In this document: positions 12,727-24,346 of the stretch, piece by piece
Numbering within the stretch: position 1 is the first letter of the stretch
How the letters are laid out: every line of letters starts with the position of its first letter
Assembly: GCA_010405405.1 (NCBI GenBank)
Contig: MU004239.1
Location: 310,001 to 374,000, forward strand
Direction: 5' to 3'
Source: Microthyrium microscopicum
Lineage: Eukaryota
DNA: 64,000 nt
Notes under the pieces: generated by a model
Databases searched by the model: none
What the model saw: the letters and a program-made list of their open reading frames with translations, nothing else
What the model was told of the DNA's origin: nothing
Program-made: the position numbers and the translations under genes

Positions 12727-13794
12727 TCAAAGCCATTTCTTAAACCAGTCCAGTACCTGCGTAACAGAATCTTCCAAGCACTTCTTCTCCGCTGGATCGT
12801 CAGGATTTCCCCGAACAGCAAAGCCATGCCGGCCTGGAACGTAGACTTTATGCTCAACTTCCGGTACCTGCTTCCCAGCCGCAGCAGCTTTCTTATGCAA
12901 TTCTTGAACTTTGCCCATGAGTTCAATCTTGGCACTAGAGTCCTCTTTACCCCATCCGATACTGAGAGGCACGATTATGTCTTCAGCGTCCGCAGGAAGG
13001 GATAGGTTGCTTGGATGCAGAGCAACCACCGCATCTACGAGAGGAACTTTGTCGCTTTCGTTCCCATCTAGTGAGATCTTATTGCGACCCAGCCCGGCAA
13101 TCATCGCATACTTGCCACCAAAGCAAAAGCCCACGATGCCAATCTTCTGTTCCTTAGGCGTTGCCTTGCGCAATTTGGCCAGGAATTCATTAGTGACCCG
13201 CTCCGACTTGGCAGCCCCATGTCTGCTGAGGAACATGATGAACGTTGGCAAAGCCATTAGTAATCCAGTATATTTCGAGAAGCTGCTCAGTTTGCTCGCA
13301 TCTACAGGAATGGCTAGGTCCGCAAGGGACAATGAGGCTGCATCTCCCTCGTAGAAATCTGGCATGTACACAAGGTAATCGCCGCTCTTTGCGTATGCAT
13401 CTGCAATGAGAAAGTTGTTGATGAGGTTGCGACCAAAGGCGTCTGGGTATATGACGATAATGGCTCGAGGGTTTGTGCGGTTGCCGACGATGTAGGTGTT
13501 GAGACCGTGTACTTGCTCCTCAACTCCGATGGGGTCTAGTTTGTTAGCATGAGGCATCACAGGGGTAGCGTATTAGCCAGCACAGCGACTTATAGAGGAG
13601 ATGTTATGATTCAGTGTCGCTCGTTGGTATTTTAACCCCAGAGAAGTGAAGTGAGCTCCGAATAGTGCCAGTGATGGGATGATTCTGAATAGGGGATTTC
13701 TCACCGCCTTTGTGGATTGTTCCCTGAGACTGTTAGCTTGTATCGCAGTTTAAGAATGCATTCATACCCGAATACAACTTTCACAGTCTGCCAT
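12727..13794 (-). CDS. Dienelactone hydrolase family alpha/beta hydrolase
   Basis: Exons 13794-13768 (MADCESCIR), 13723-13705 (GTIHKG), 13535-12727. Nucleophile motif GFCFGG, PDAFG, PDFY, acid Asp in GKEDS, His in RHGFAVRG. Confidence 0.9.
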
Positions 13795-14002
13795 TTCTGT
13801 GTTTTGAGCAGCTGAGCGCTGGCCAATATACTGAGCGTGAAAAACAACAGTTGGATAGTAAGAATTGCTTCAATTCGAAGCGAACGCAGCAATCGAAGAA
13901 AGCTGAAAAGTATAATGAATAACAAGTAGCTCCGACTCTTGAACTTGAAGTTAAAAGCGAGATTAGAATGTTTTTGAGCATTCAGTTGAGATCAACATTG
14001 AA

Positions 14003-14050
14003 GGCACCGGAACCGGCGGGTGCACCGGCGTACAAGGCCGGTCTTGACCG
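14003..14050. promoter_or_regulatory. CCGG cluster with perfect Leu3-type site CCGGAACCGG in the DLH/MFS bidirectional promoter
   Basis: CCGG at 14007, 14013, 14025 and 14038. CCGG-N2-CCGG at 14007-14016. Lies mid-way in the 504-bp divergent intergenic region. Confidence 0.6.
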
Positions 14051-14298
14051 AATGCTGTAAACACCGTCGGATTTCTACGTTGTCACTGCATTAGGTGGGC
14101 CAAAATGTGCATTGCGAGTGCTGTTTCTTTTCTTCGCGTAGTGCCGATACAGGCAACCAACTTTGTGATATAAAGTGTTGTTTGCAGGGGCGATCAGCAT
14201 AGCACGAACCCCTAATGAACAATTCTTGAATCCAACAGAAAGACCAGTCCAGCTCATATTGCCTTGCACACAGACTCTGTTGATCCTACAGGGGCAAG

Positions 14299-15894
14299 AT
14301 GGCTCCAGAATCTCAGGACCAGAAAGTGGTGACAATTACAGAGACGACAACCGACACGGAGAAACAGTCCGAGCAAGCCCCATTGCATACAACATTCACG
14401 ACTCGACAACGAATATTCATCGTGACAATGACAGCATTAGCCTCATTCTTCTCTCCCCTCTCAGGCCAAATATACTTCCCAGCAATTCCACTACTGGCGC
14501 AAGACTACCACACCAGTGTTGGCAAAATCAACCTGACCATCACGACTTATATGATCCTGCAAGGTTTCGCACCAACGATCATGGGAAGTTTTGGCGACAC
14601 CACTGGACGTAGGCCGGCATACATCGTCACCTTTGCTCTCTACTTTGCTGCCAACATTGGTCTGGCGACACAAAAGTCGTATGCGGCATTGCTGGTTCTT
14701 CGTTGTTTGCAAAGTGCAGGTAGTAGTGGAACGATAGCACTGGGATTCGGCGTGGTTGCTGATATTTGTACGCCGGCTGAACGGGGCAAGTATCTGGGTC
14801 CTGTTGCTGCTGGAGTCATGTTGGCTCCTTCATTTGGGCCTACGATTGGAGGGTTGCTGACGCATTATCTCGGCTGGCGGTCGATTTTCTGGTTCCTTTC
14901 GGTCATCAGTGGAGTATACCTGTTCTTCTACATACTTTTCATGCCTGAAACTGCGAGAAAAGTTGTCGGTGATGGGAGCATTGTCCCAAGGAACTGGTAC
15001 TCCATGAGTGTGGTCCAATACTGGAAGGCCAGGCAAAAGTCCAAGTCGGAGATTGAAGCGGACCGCGAAGCCCAGAAGTTGGACCCAAAACCAAAGTTCC
15101 GTTTGCCGAATCCTTGGGACTCGATCAAAGTCCTTCGCGAGAAAGACGCCCTGGTAATCATCCTATACATTTCCCTTACCATGACAGCTTTCATGTCTTT
15201 GATGGCGAGCATGCCATCATTGTACGGTGAGGTTTATGGGTTCAACTCGCTCCAAGTGGGTTTCTGCTACATGTAAGTTTATTACAAGACAACGATCATA
15301 GACAAAACTAACCTTCTCAGACCTTTCGGTATCTCAGCCGGCCTAGCCGCCATCCTTAATGGTAAACTAATGGATTTCAACTACCGCCGCTGGGCCAAAA
15401 AACTGAACATGCCCCTCGAGAAGAAGAGACAAACGGATCTGCGAGATTTCCCCATCGAAAAAGTCAGATTACAACCAGTATTCATATTTGTACCCATAGC
15501 GGTAGCAACCTATCTGCCTATTGGTTGGGTGCTACAGGAGCGCGTCAATCTAGCAGTACCCTTGATACTGAACTTTATTGGCGGTTTCTGCGTTGTGGCG
15601 TGCAGCAATACGCTTCAGTCGTTACTGGTTGATTTGTTCCCAGATACTCCTGCAATTGTCATGGCGACATCCAATCTGCTTCGATGTTGGACGGCTGGAG
15701 CGGGAGCAGCAGCTATTAGTCCCATGTTGAATGCGATGGGCTGGGGGTGGTGTTTCTTTTTCTGGGGGTTGGTTATTCTTTTTGCTCTGTCATTCTTGTG
15801 GTTTGAGTACATGTGGGGAATGAGATGGAGAGAGCAGCGGAGGTTGAGAATGGCCAAGAAGAAAGAGGAGTTGGAACAAAAGGGGGAGAAATAA
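14299..15894 (+). CDS. MFS transporter, DHA1 family (Qdr/Aqr1/CexA-like efflux)
   Basis: Intron 15273-15320. Motifs FFSPLSGQIYFPAI, GSFGDTTGRRP (motif A), LRCLQSAGSSG, ERG, GPTIGG..LGWRSIFWFL, PETAR, FPIEKVRL. About 12 hydrophobic segments. Confidence 0.93.
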
Positions 15895-16162
15895 CAGAAC
15901 CGCGCAAAGGTCATGTAGCAGCGGAGAAAAGCTTAAAAGCGCTGTTGTATTGGTCAAGCACGTTGATCAAGCTGATCTAACAAAGCTGTCCTCTGTGTTG
16001 TGGCAAGGAATTGCCTGATCTGTCAGTTGATGATAGCCCTGGATTGAAGCAGTCACGAGCTCTTGGAAAAGTAGTTACCAACGCATCTTTAGACCTTAAT
16101 ATTGTCTTGTGCTTAGCTTTTCGTCTATATTCTGTCCTGGAATTCAAAGGTCTGGAAAGCTC

Positions 16163-18300
16163 TCAACCCATCGAGGGAGGATTGGACCAAGGTATGCCCC
16201 AATTGCCATCTAAATCCAGTCCAAGGTCTCCCCAGAAATCATTCATTGGTAACAGACTAGACTCGGTGGCCAAGAAATTTGACGGTAGTGCATTCTCGGC
16301 CAAACCAAGAGCCGGCATGCCGGCCGCGTCGTTGTCAATATTCTCGGCTTCTATCTTGGTTAGCTATACAGAACAAGTCGTGATGCAGGAGGTAAATTGA
16401 GGCCCACCTGTGTGTGATCTAGACGCCACCTCATTCGGCTGTTCAATCTCTGATTTCCACAGAAGAATTGCATCATAAACCACACTAACAGCAAGTCTAT
16501 TGCGGATTCGTAGACCACCATTGAAAGTCCCGTTCAGATTTTTGAATATTTTATCACTTTTCCATAGGGAATCTGCAAATGCAGCGCCTCGGGAAGGAAG
16601 GTCGCCTTGGCAGATACTGCAAGATAAGGTGAACTGGACAAGTGATTGATATAGCGAGGCTCCACGTTCCTGGTCGACGAAGGTCGCATACGGTCCCTTG
16701 AGAATACGTAACATGAGCGTAATTCCTAGTAGACAAGCTTGAAAAGCATATTTAGGACACCATATGTGAAGGTCGTGATCGTTGTGTTGATCTCGAATAT
16801 GCTCGAATACTTTCACTGTGCAGTTGAAGATATGTTGACAAGTTTGCACATCCATAGAACCCGGTGTTTTGAAGAAGTACATGCCACAGAATTCGAGGCG
16901 AGCTACATTGATATGGAACGTGTCCCAGCCTGAATTATAGGTTAGAGCACTGCCGTAAAGCTTGATCTGACACGCTTACTAGAAGATGAACTCGTTTGCA
17001 AAGTATCAAGCTGGCTGTTCAGCATTTGCAAAACAGTATCAAGCGTTCTTTCTTGCTGTGGATCCAAGGGCGAAGCCACAAACTCCAGAAATGTTTTCTG
17101 GGCACGAACCACCAAAGTAGAGAGTTGCAGCTGCAGCTGGATAGTGGCCGGCAACTGTTGTAGTATGCTTTTGAATTTTTCTTGCTCGTTATATGGTTCG
17201 AATGATATGAGAGCTGCTTGTCCAGTTCCAGTACATATTCTGTAAAGATAGAAGTTAGTGAGTGATGTTCCATATCAAAAAGACAACCTACCGCTGATAT
17301 GTAATCACCACGTGGGCCCAAAGCTGTGCTCTTTTGAGTATATTCGGTTCCGTCAATGGGGCATCATTTTTGAAACTTTGAACATTCATGTAGGGCAAGT
17401 AAGGGGTATGTAAGCCGCATTGCAATGCCATATGGAGCAATGCGCCGCAGTGAATGAACCCAGAGTCACGAAAGTAATTTGCGGTTGGAAAGGGCCAGGC
17501 TAGAGCTACCAGAATGCCCATGATCGATTCCAATGGTTTGATACGTGAATTGAGCGAGGCCAGCATGAGTTGTGTTACTGGGCCAGCCAACGCGTTGACA
17601 AGCCAGGGACGTTGCTCGTATCCGCGTGAACCTACAGAGACGATAATCCAAAAGAGGATTGTCGAATTTTCGTACACATCGTTGGGAGACATTGTTGAGT
17701 CAAGAATTGGGAGTGCTTGATGAAACAGATTGAAGTATCTAAACTGTTGTGTCAGCTATGGTGCACTGCGAGAGTATTTGAGTGATATAAAAATTGGATT
17801 AGCTGTGTTTTTGCCATGGTATTACCTTTCGAAGCAAGTATCGATGACTGACGGGGACAACTCTAAGTGATCGATAGACCTAGGCTCCGTTCCATTATTA
17901 TTGGTTTTCCCACTTTGAGTCGCTATGAAATCAGTCAATGTGCGCTGGAAGGCGATAAAAGTTAAGAGCACATGTCAAAACTCACATGTTGCTGGGTTGA
18001 TGGATTGCAGTTCTTGCTTGAGGTTGTTTGTCTCGTTTTCGAGTTCCTGCAGCCTCTTGCGCTTATGTACTCGCTGATAAGGAGTCGAAAAAACGCAGGC
18101 TATGTTCAATCGTTTACATCGCGCGCATGCAACTGTCCCGTCACAAGAGTCCCCCTCACAGCGCATCTACTGGTGGTCAATTGGAGCGTATATGTTGCAC
18201 CATGAAATGAACATGCCTTCTGCTGTCTACACTCAACGCATGCCTTCTTTTTCGGGCCATGACTTTGGTCTCTGTTGGTTGAGGGCGGCGGAGCCATCAT
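16163..18300 (-). CDS. Zn(II)2Cys6 transcription factor with Leu3-like DNA-binding domain
   Basis: Six introns: 18167-18216 (GC-AG), 17923-17985, ~17739-17825, ~17241-17291, ~16930-16978, ~16351-16408. Zinc cluster ACVECRQQK|MRC..C.RC..LNIAC, coiled coil RLQELENE, fungal TF middle region YFNLFHQALPILD, acidic/aromatic C-terminal tail. Confidence 0.88.
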
Positions 18301-19224
18301 GATTTGAGCATTACGTACATGCCGCTGACGGAAGGTGATGGTCCAGAACCACGAAAAATTTGAAAGTTATGTTATGGTAGACAAGGGTTTTAAAACGATT
18401 GAAGTACGTGCTCTTCTTTCAAGGAGTTGTTTGTACCAATTTGATGGGGAAATAGGTTGTCTGAGCATGGAACGAAGTTGGGATGAAGCTTGAGCCTCCC
18501 AAAGGGAGAAATCCATGCCAAGACCTAAGTCATCGCGATATGTGAACGCTCCCATCAAATACAGTAATGACCATCTAGAAGCTCTAGTCTGAAGACCTGA
18601 TGTTCGGAATGATCGTTATTGTTTTCAATTTGTTGAATATACCTAAGTATCCATAGTTGACGCATGCTTCTGGTAAAAGAAGTGATATATTGTATTGGGG
18701 AACTAAAAAAGACTATCACGATCCTTTTACCTTGTCGCATGCAATAAAGATTGCAGTACTGTCGATAGCTCTTTCTTTTCGGATACTACTTAACTTCATA
18801 CCTTCCTGGTTTGTGAGCAATGCATGGCGTTGTATAGATGCTACGCAATGCTCTCGTGGCATACGTGAAGTTACGCAGCATCGGCGCAGATCTACACAAC
18901 TTGTCTCCTGCTGCCAGGGTTTCGCGCATGGTGAGAGGCCAGTCGCGTCCCATGAGTATTCTGTTGGCGCATTACTGGATGATGGTATGAAATCTTGACT
19001 CTTAAACACTACTGGGGTAAAGGAGTGCTTGGAGATACTATTTGTCTACAGGTTGCAAAAACAATCTGCGGTCAACGAGTCAGAAGGCAGAATACAAAAA
19101 GTACGGTTGAGTTATCGATTGGGTTTGGTCAAGCGTAGCCGAGACGGGACCAGCATCTTTTGACCTGTCTGTTTGCTTGTGGAGGGTCGGGGGATCGGTC
19201 GCCCATTGGCTTGGCTCAATTATT

Positions 19225-19534
19225 GGGGACCGTTAGCAAACGAAATCGTGCCCAATTCTTTTACTCGTTTTCTAACCAAAAGCAGGTTTACTAGGCCTTT
19301 ATGGCTCTAGCACATAACCTTAATATCTCCATAAATTTTTTGGCTTGAGCAGCTTGGGATCGCTTAACCAATAATAGACTATGAATGTAGGTGCTATACC
19401 TATTTGGTCAAACAAAATGGAAGTCGAGCCGCTAGACCTCAGGTCTAGCGGCTCGACTTCGAATTCGTTTGCTAGCCATTCTGGGTAAAGATCTGCAAAC
19501 GAATTCGTTACAATTTGGTTTGCTAACGGTCCCC
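19225..19534. mobile_element. MITE-like element, 310 bp (possibly PIF/Harbinger-type)
   Basis: Perfect 17-bp TIR GGGGACCGTTAGCAAAC, extending imperfectly to ~34 bp. ATT on both flanks (19222-19224, 19535-19537). No coding capacity. Confidence 0.7.
19420..19460. repeat. Perfect 41-bp palindrome (20-bp arms, 1-nt spacer)
   Basis: GAAGTCGAGCCGCTAGACCT-C-AGGTCTAGCGGCTCGACTTC. Confidence 0.95.
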
Positions 19535-19627
19535 ATTCAGACTTTTTTTGAACTCAGACTTGTCTAGCCCCTTGACTAGCTTTCCTGGCATTATTTCTAG
19601 GCAAGTCTGCAAAGATACGGTACCATA

Positions 19628-19772
19628 CCGTTTTTACCCTTTCAGTTGGGACATGCTAGCGCGGGTTTTTAGGCGAGGTTTGTCCGTAAGCGATAGCGAG
19701 TCACTGCTTAAACTCAGAGCGCCACCAGCAAGAAAAAGCGCGCTAGCATCCCAACTGAAAGGGTAAAAACGG
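19628..19772. mobile_element. Tc1/mariner-type MITE, 145 bp
   Basis: Perfect 24-bp TIR CCGTTTTTACCCTTTCAGTTGGGA, extending after a 2-nt indel through TGCTAGCGCG. TA on both flanks (19626-27, 19773-74). Confidence 0.75.
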
Positions 19773-20091
19773 TAGCTTGCCGGCTTGATGCATGAAGGCG
19801 AACGCGCTCAGCTTGTGAGCTTGCAAGACCATTCAACCACATGGCATCTACTAAGGGAATCTACCTGACTAGACTTCTTGACATCCCCGTCCCATTGAGT
19901 ACCACTTTCGGATGCATTCTTCATACCACCTGCAACCTTAAGACTCTTGACCATACATATACGCTATTGAATCCCCCATTTCCTAGATTTCCCTAGCAAC
20001 CTTTGAGCGAGCTTTAGATTTATATCGCCACCCCTCCCTACTCCCACCATCTCAGCTCTCACAGCTCTCAGTCTCCTTCCCAAGAATATAG

Positions 20092-20166
20092 GTAAGTCTA
20101 TCACCAAATAGGGGGATTTGCCCCTCTCTGTTACTCGTAATCATTTGCTGATAAGACCTCCCACAG
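20092..20166 (+). other. Putative 5'-UTR intron of the CFEM gene
   Basis: GTAAGT ... GCTGAT ... CCCACAG, 71 nt upstream of ATG 20238 and downstream of a TATA-like tttatat and CT-rich tract. Confidence 0.55.
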
Positions 20167-20237
20167 CCTATTGCCTATTTAGAAGTGCCAATATTGTGAA
20201 TTTGCATATTCGCCCTTCACCGTCAACTACCAACATC

Positions 20238-20853
20238 ATGCGCTTCTCCACCATCACAATCGCCGCCTTTGCGGCACTAGCACAAGCTCAGTCACTGAGC
20301 GATCTTCCAAAATGCGCTGTAAGATATCCCTCGACTTTACCATCAATCGAGCTGTTCATTATCACACACTGCTTCGTTCTTCTTGATACTGATATCATGT
20401 TAAACTATAGCAAACCTGCGTTGGCACCTCTCTCGGCAGCACCGGCTGCTCCAGTCTTCAAATCGACTGCATATGTAAATCCAGCAAATGGATTTCCGAT
20501 CTAAGCTGCTGCGTCGCTGGCACCTGCAGTACAGCTGATCAGCAAAGTATGTTCTACAGGTCCTACACTGCCAAGTTCTATGCTGCCATGGTGTGCTGAC
20601 AATGCGCCCAACAGATACCATCACCTTTGCTCAACAACTCTGCCAAACCGTTGGTGTCACCCTTCCTACCAGCGCTCAAGCCGCGTGTGCCGCCGGCAAT
20701 GGCACGTCCGCCAATACCACAGCCTCAGCTTCGAGCTCTACATCGTCAACTGCGGCATCAGGTACTGCGAATGCGAATTCTGGTGCTTCTAGGGAATACG
20801 CTGGTTCTGGCGTCGCGATTGCAGCTGCTGGCCTGTTTGCTGCGTTCTTATAA
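20238..20853 (+). CDS. GPI-anchored CFEM-domain cell-surface protein
   Basis: Signal peptide MRFSTITIAAFAALAQA. Introns 20319-20410 and 20547-20614. Eight-Cys CFEM pattern LPKCA.TC...GC....DCIC....LSCCV...C....LC. Ser/Thr/Ala linker and hydrophobic C-terminus (GVAIAAAGLFAAFL). Confidence 0.9.
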
Positions 20854-21547
20854 AGCCTACACTGGCTTGTTCCGGTAGAGCGACAAAGCTAGCTATCAAT
20901 GCTAAATACGTTTCATGACAAAGCATGGCAATCTGGTCAGAATTCTTGTGATGGATGTGGAGAGAGCCGTACGTGATGCGCAAAAGCTCCTACATGGGGA
21001 GCGTCTGGGTGGATGCATTTAAGAATGGCAAGGGATGCTTAGAGTCCTATGGGATTCGCAGCTTCTGGATCAACAAGTGGGAATGTTGTGTTAGTGGTAG
21101 GTGGATTTCTAAATCCTCAAGTGATCTCTGTGCTGGCAGAGACAAAATCTGGCGTGAGCAACCATCGTAGGCTTCGTAGCCACTCAAGCTACAGCGTCTT
21201 GAACTTCAATGTTAATATTTTACCTTATGTTGCTACCATTCGATTTCAGTCTGGCTACGCTCAGATTAACGTGAAATGTGATACAGGAATTTGAATGAAT
21301 TTCGTCCCAAATTAGGAGGACTTTGGGGATATCAAAGTCTTGGCATTGAGCTCTTACCTCCACTCTGACATGCCATCTCTTAATTTCAAGATATCAACCA
21401 AATCACCACGCCGGTAAAAGCAACGCACACGAGACGTAATGCCGAACCACACAACCACTTCCTAACATCAACAAGCCAGACATCCCACTCACTCATGGCC
21501 CATACCTCAAACCCACCTCCCCCGACCACACACCACAACCACCCACC

Positions 21548-24346
21548 ATGGCCACAAACCCCAAACGCACCTCCATACGCTCCATACGCTCCACACCCCA
21601 AACCCCCTCTACACGAACAACCAACAACTCCGCCGTCCTCGCCTCCCTGCGCGCCACACAACTCGTCGCCAACACCCCCTCCTCAACAAGCAATGCCACG
21701 AGCAAGTCCGTCCTGCCCGCCGAGTTGATCAACATGATACTGGAGCATCTGGGAGTGCGCGACCTCTTTGCGTTTGCGCGCACGGCGCGCCGCATGCAGG
21801 AGATGGTGTTTGATGATACGCGCTGGGTACAACGGCTCAAAAGTATGGGGGTGTGGGATGAGGGTGAGGCGAGGCGGAGGGCGGAGGATGGGTTGAAGAG
21901 GGGGGCGGGTGCGCCTGTGGGGAAGGCACTGCCTGGGGGTAGGCGGAGTATGACGCTGTTTGATGCGGGTGCGGAGGAGAGGAAGAAGAGTGCGGAAGGG
22001 GATGCTAAGGGGAAGGGTAGCAGTGATGCCGGGTTCGATAGACCGAAGCTGGTGTCGGGAGCGGTGGCGCCGTCAGGTGTGGCAGCGAAGGACCCTATGG
22101 CTGCGTTGAAGGTGATGGCGCGGGTACGGTCGATTCGTGGGTTTGCGAGGCAAGAGTTTGGAAAGGTGTATGGTGCTTTGGCGCCGTTTTACTTTGACAT
22201 TGCGCGATCGCAGAGCCATTCGGATCCGGTGTTGTTCAGAACGTATCGAGAGCCAGAGCAGCAGGCGCAAATGCTGTCACAATTGCGAAGATTTGTCAAG
22301 GCCGACTATTCTCAAGGCTGGGATCTGAGAGAACAGAAACTAGAGAACATTATGGGCATCTTTGAAAACGCCGTGCTACGGGAGTTTGAGCAAGGAATGA
22401 ATTCTGGAGATGCCGAAGGTCGAATGAAACGCTACGCAACTGTACTGGTTATTCTGAATGGTGGCAGCTCCGGAATCGACATGTTCATCCAGAACAATCC
22501 AGTCATGTTACACAAGGATGAACTTGGTCACCCTTCAGAATGTATAAGAACCGCATTTGATGGCCATATCAACCTGGCTCCTTCAGAGACATTTTTTAGC
22601 CAATTGGCAGCAAGGATGAATGAGCAGATTGAGATCATAGACAAAGTCTTTCCACAAACAATTGACGTTCTGTCGCCATTTCTCGAAAGGATAGCCGACG
22701 AAGTAGTTTCGGAATATATTACAACACTCTTTGACGAAGCTCACGAGCAGAACATTGAGTCATATCTCAAAGCGGTTCCTGGGCTTTTTCAGCAGGCACT
22801 TAGATTTGCGATATCCTTGAAACCATCTAAAGCCACAAAGACCGAATTCAAGGACTTTTCAAAAGGCATCATTTCCAAAACATTTGAACAGCATATAGAT
22901 CTATATCTTCATGAGGAGCTCGACTTTTTCAATAAAAAATCCCTACGAGAGGTAGAGTCGTGGGAGCAACGACTTCAAGAGCAAGAGGCTTCCCAGGAAT
23001 CCTTTTTTTATTCCAACGTCAGCCGGCAAGCTGCCAAACAGGACTTTTTAAGTTCATTCAGAAAAATGGTCATGATGCCTATCAATGCCACCAGTACTCT
23101 TGTAACCGGCGGAGGCACAAAGAAAACCATACTGACCAACTCTTCATCAGCGACACCGAACCGATCCTCTACTCCAGTTCCATTTGAGCTATCCGGAACA
23201 ACCATTAGTCAACCTCAAGATGCACCTACCTCTGAACTCGCAGCCAAAGCAGCTGTAATGAACTCACGTCTCGAAGGCATCAAATCGCTATTCAGCATCG
23301 AAGTCGCCTTGGACCTCGTACATGCAGCCAAAACTTCCCTGGAGCGCATTGCGACTTTCGTCGCCCTTGGCGGCCAGTCTGGTGAAGAAGCACGCGAACA
23401 ATGTGAGGCTATTTTCGTCTCTCTGCTCCAGCTGCTAGGCACTCGCCATATCAAGACCGGCTTTGACAAAGCTGTCAACCATTTAGCCGTGTACAACCCC
23501 CGTGAAATCGGTCCACATGGCACCACGGATGGGGTACAGCCACTGGTAACGTTCTTGGAGCTGGTAAACGTTGGCGATCTGATCCAGCAAATGGTGGACG
23601 TGTTCTACGTTCAAGAGCTAGTCATGCCAAAACTCAGTGATGCAGATGACTTTGTAGCGCCTGCCGTCAAGGAGAAGAAGCGCTTTGAACAAATGCTCGA
23701 TGAGCGTGTGGCTGCTGGTTTGAATAAAGGCATTGATGTGCTCATGGACGAGGTTGAGTATATCTGCGCTACCACACAACAACCTAGTGACTTCAACCCT
23801 CTGCCTGGGCCGGATGGGCAAGTTGTTATGATGGACATTGGGCCTTCAGAAACAGCGACACAGGTTGTGGACGTGGTGCGCAATCACGTCAACATGCTGG
23901 TGGGCAGCACCGATAAAAACGTGCTGGATGTGTTCAACCAAGAAGTTGGTGTCAGGCTGTTTACTGTGCTATGTAAACATCTGAAGCGGCAGCGGATTAG
24001 CGTAGATGGCGCTATTCGTTTGATCAGGTTCGTTTTTCCTACTTTCTTTCTTGAGCACACTTGCTAATCTCTTAGTGATACGAATCATTACCACGCCTAC
24101 ATTCGCTCCATGAAAAATAAGACGCTGACGGAATACTTCAACGCTATGCGTGAACTGTCTCAGATATATCTAATATCACCGAATGATGCGAAAGAGATTG
24201 GCACGATCTTGGCTGATTCGGATCGATATCGGGGCATCTTTACTGCAGAAGAAGTATATCAGTTTGCAGAGAGGCGCGCAGACTGGTTTGTTGTTAAGAA
24301 AGATGTGGAGAAGGCTATGTATGGTATGGGATGTGTTATGATGTGA
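21548..24346 (+). CDS. RCY1: Recyclin-1: F-box plus Sec10-like domain endosomal recycling protein
   Basis: N-terminal F-box LPAELINMILEHL..DL..FARTARRM. Long helical Sec10-like region (FLELVNVGDLIQQM, FEQMLDERVAAGLNKGIDVLM). Intron 24028-24075. C-terminal CAAX box CVMM. Confidence 0.88.

Noticed and set aside
13536..13704. TPP riboswitch, snoRNA or stwintron in the 169-nt DLH intron
   Set aside because: No CTGAGA/TGATC riboswitch core, no good C/D box pair and no nested splice signals. Only a 6-bp AGCGAC/GTCGCT stem.
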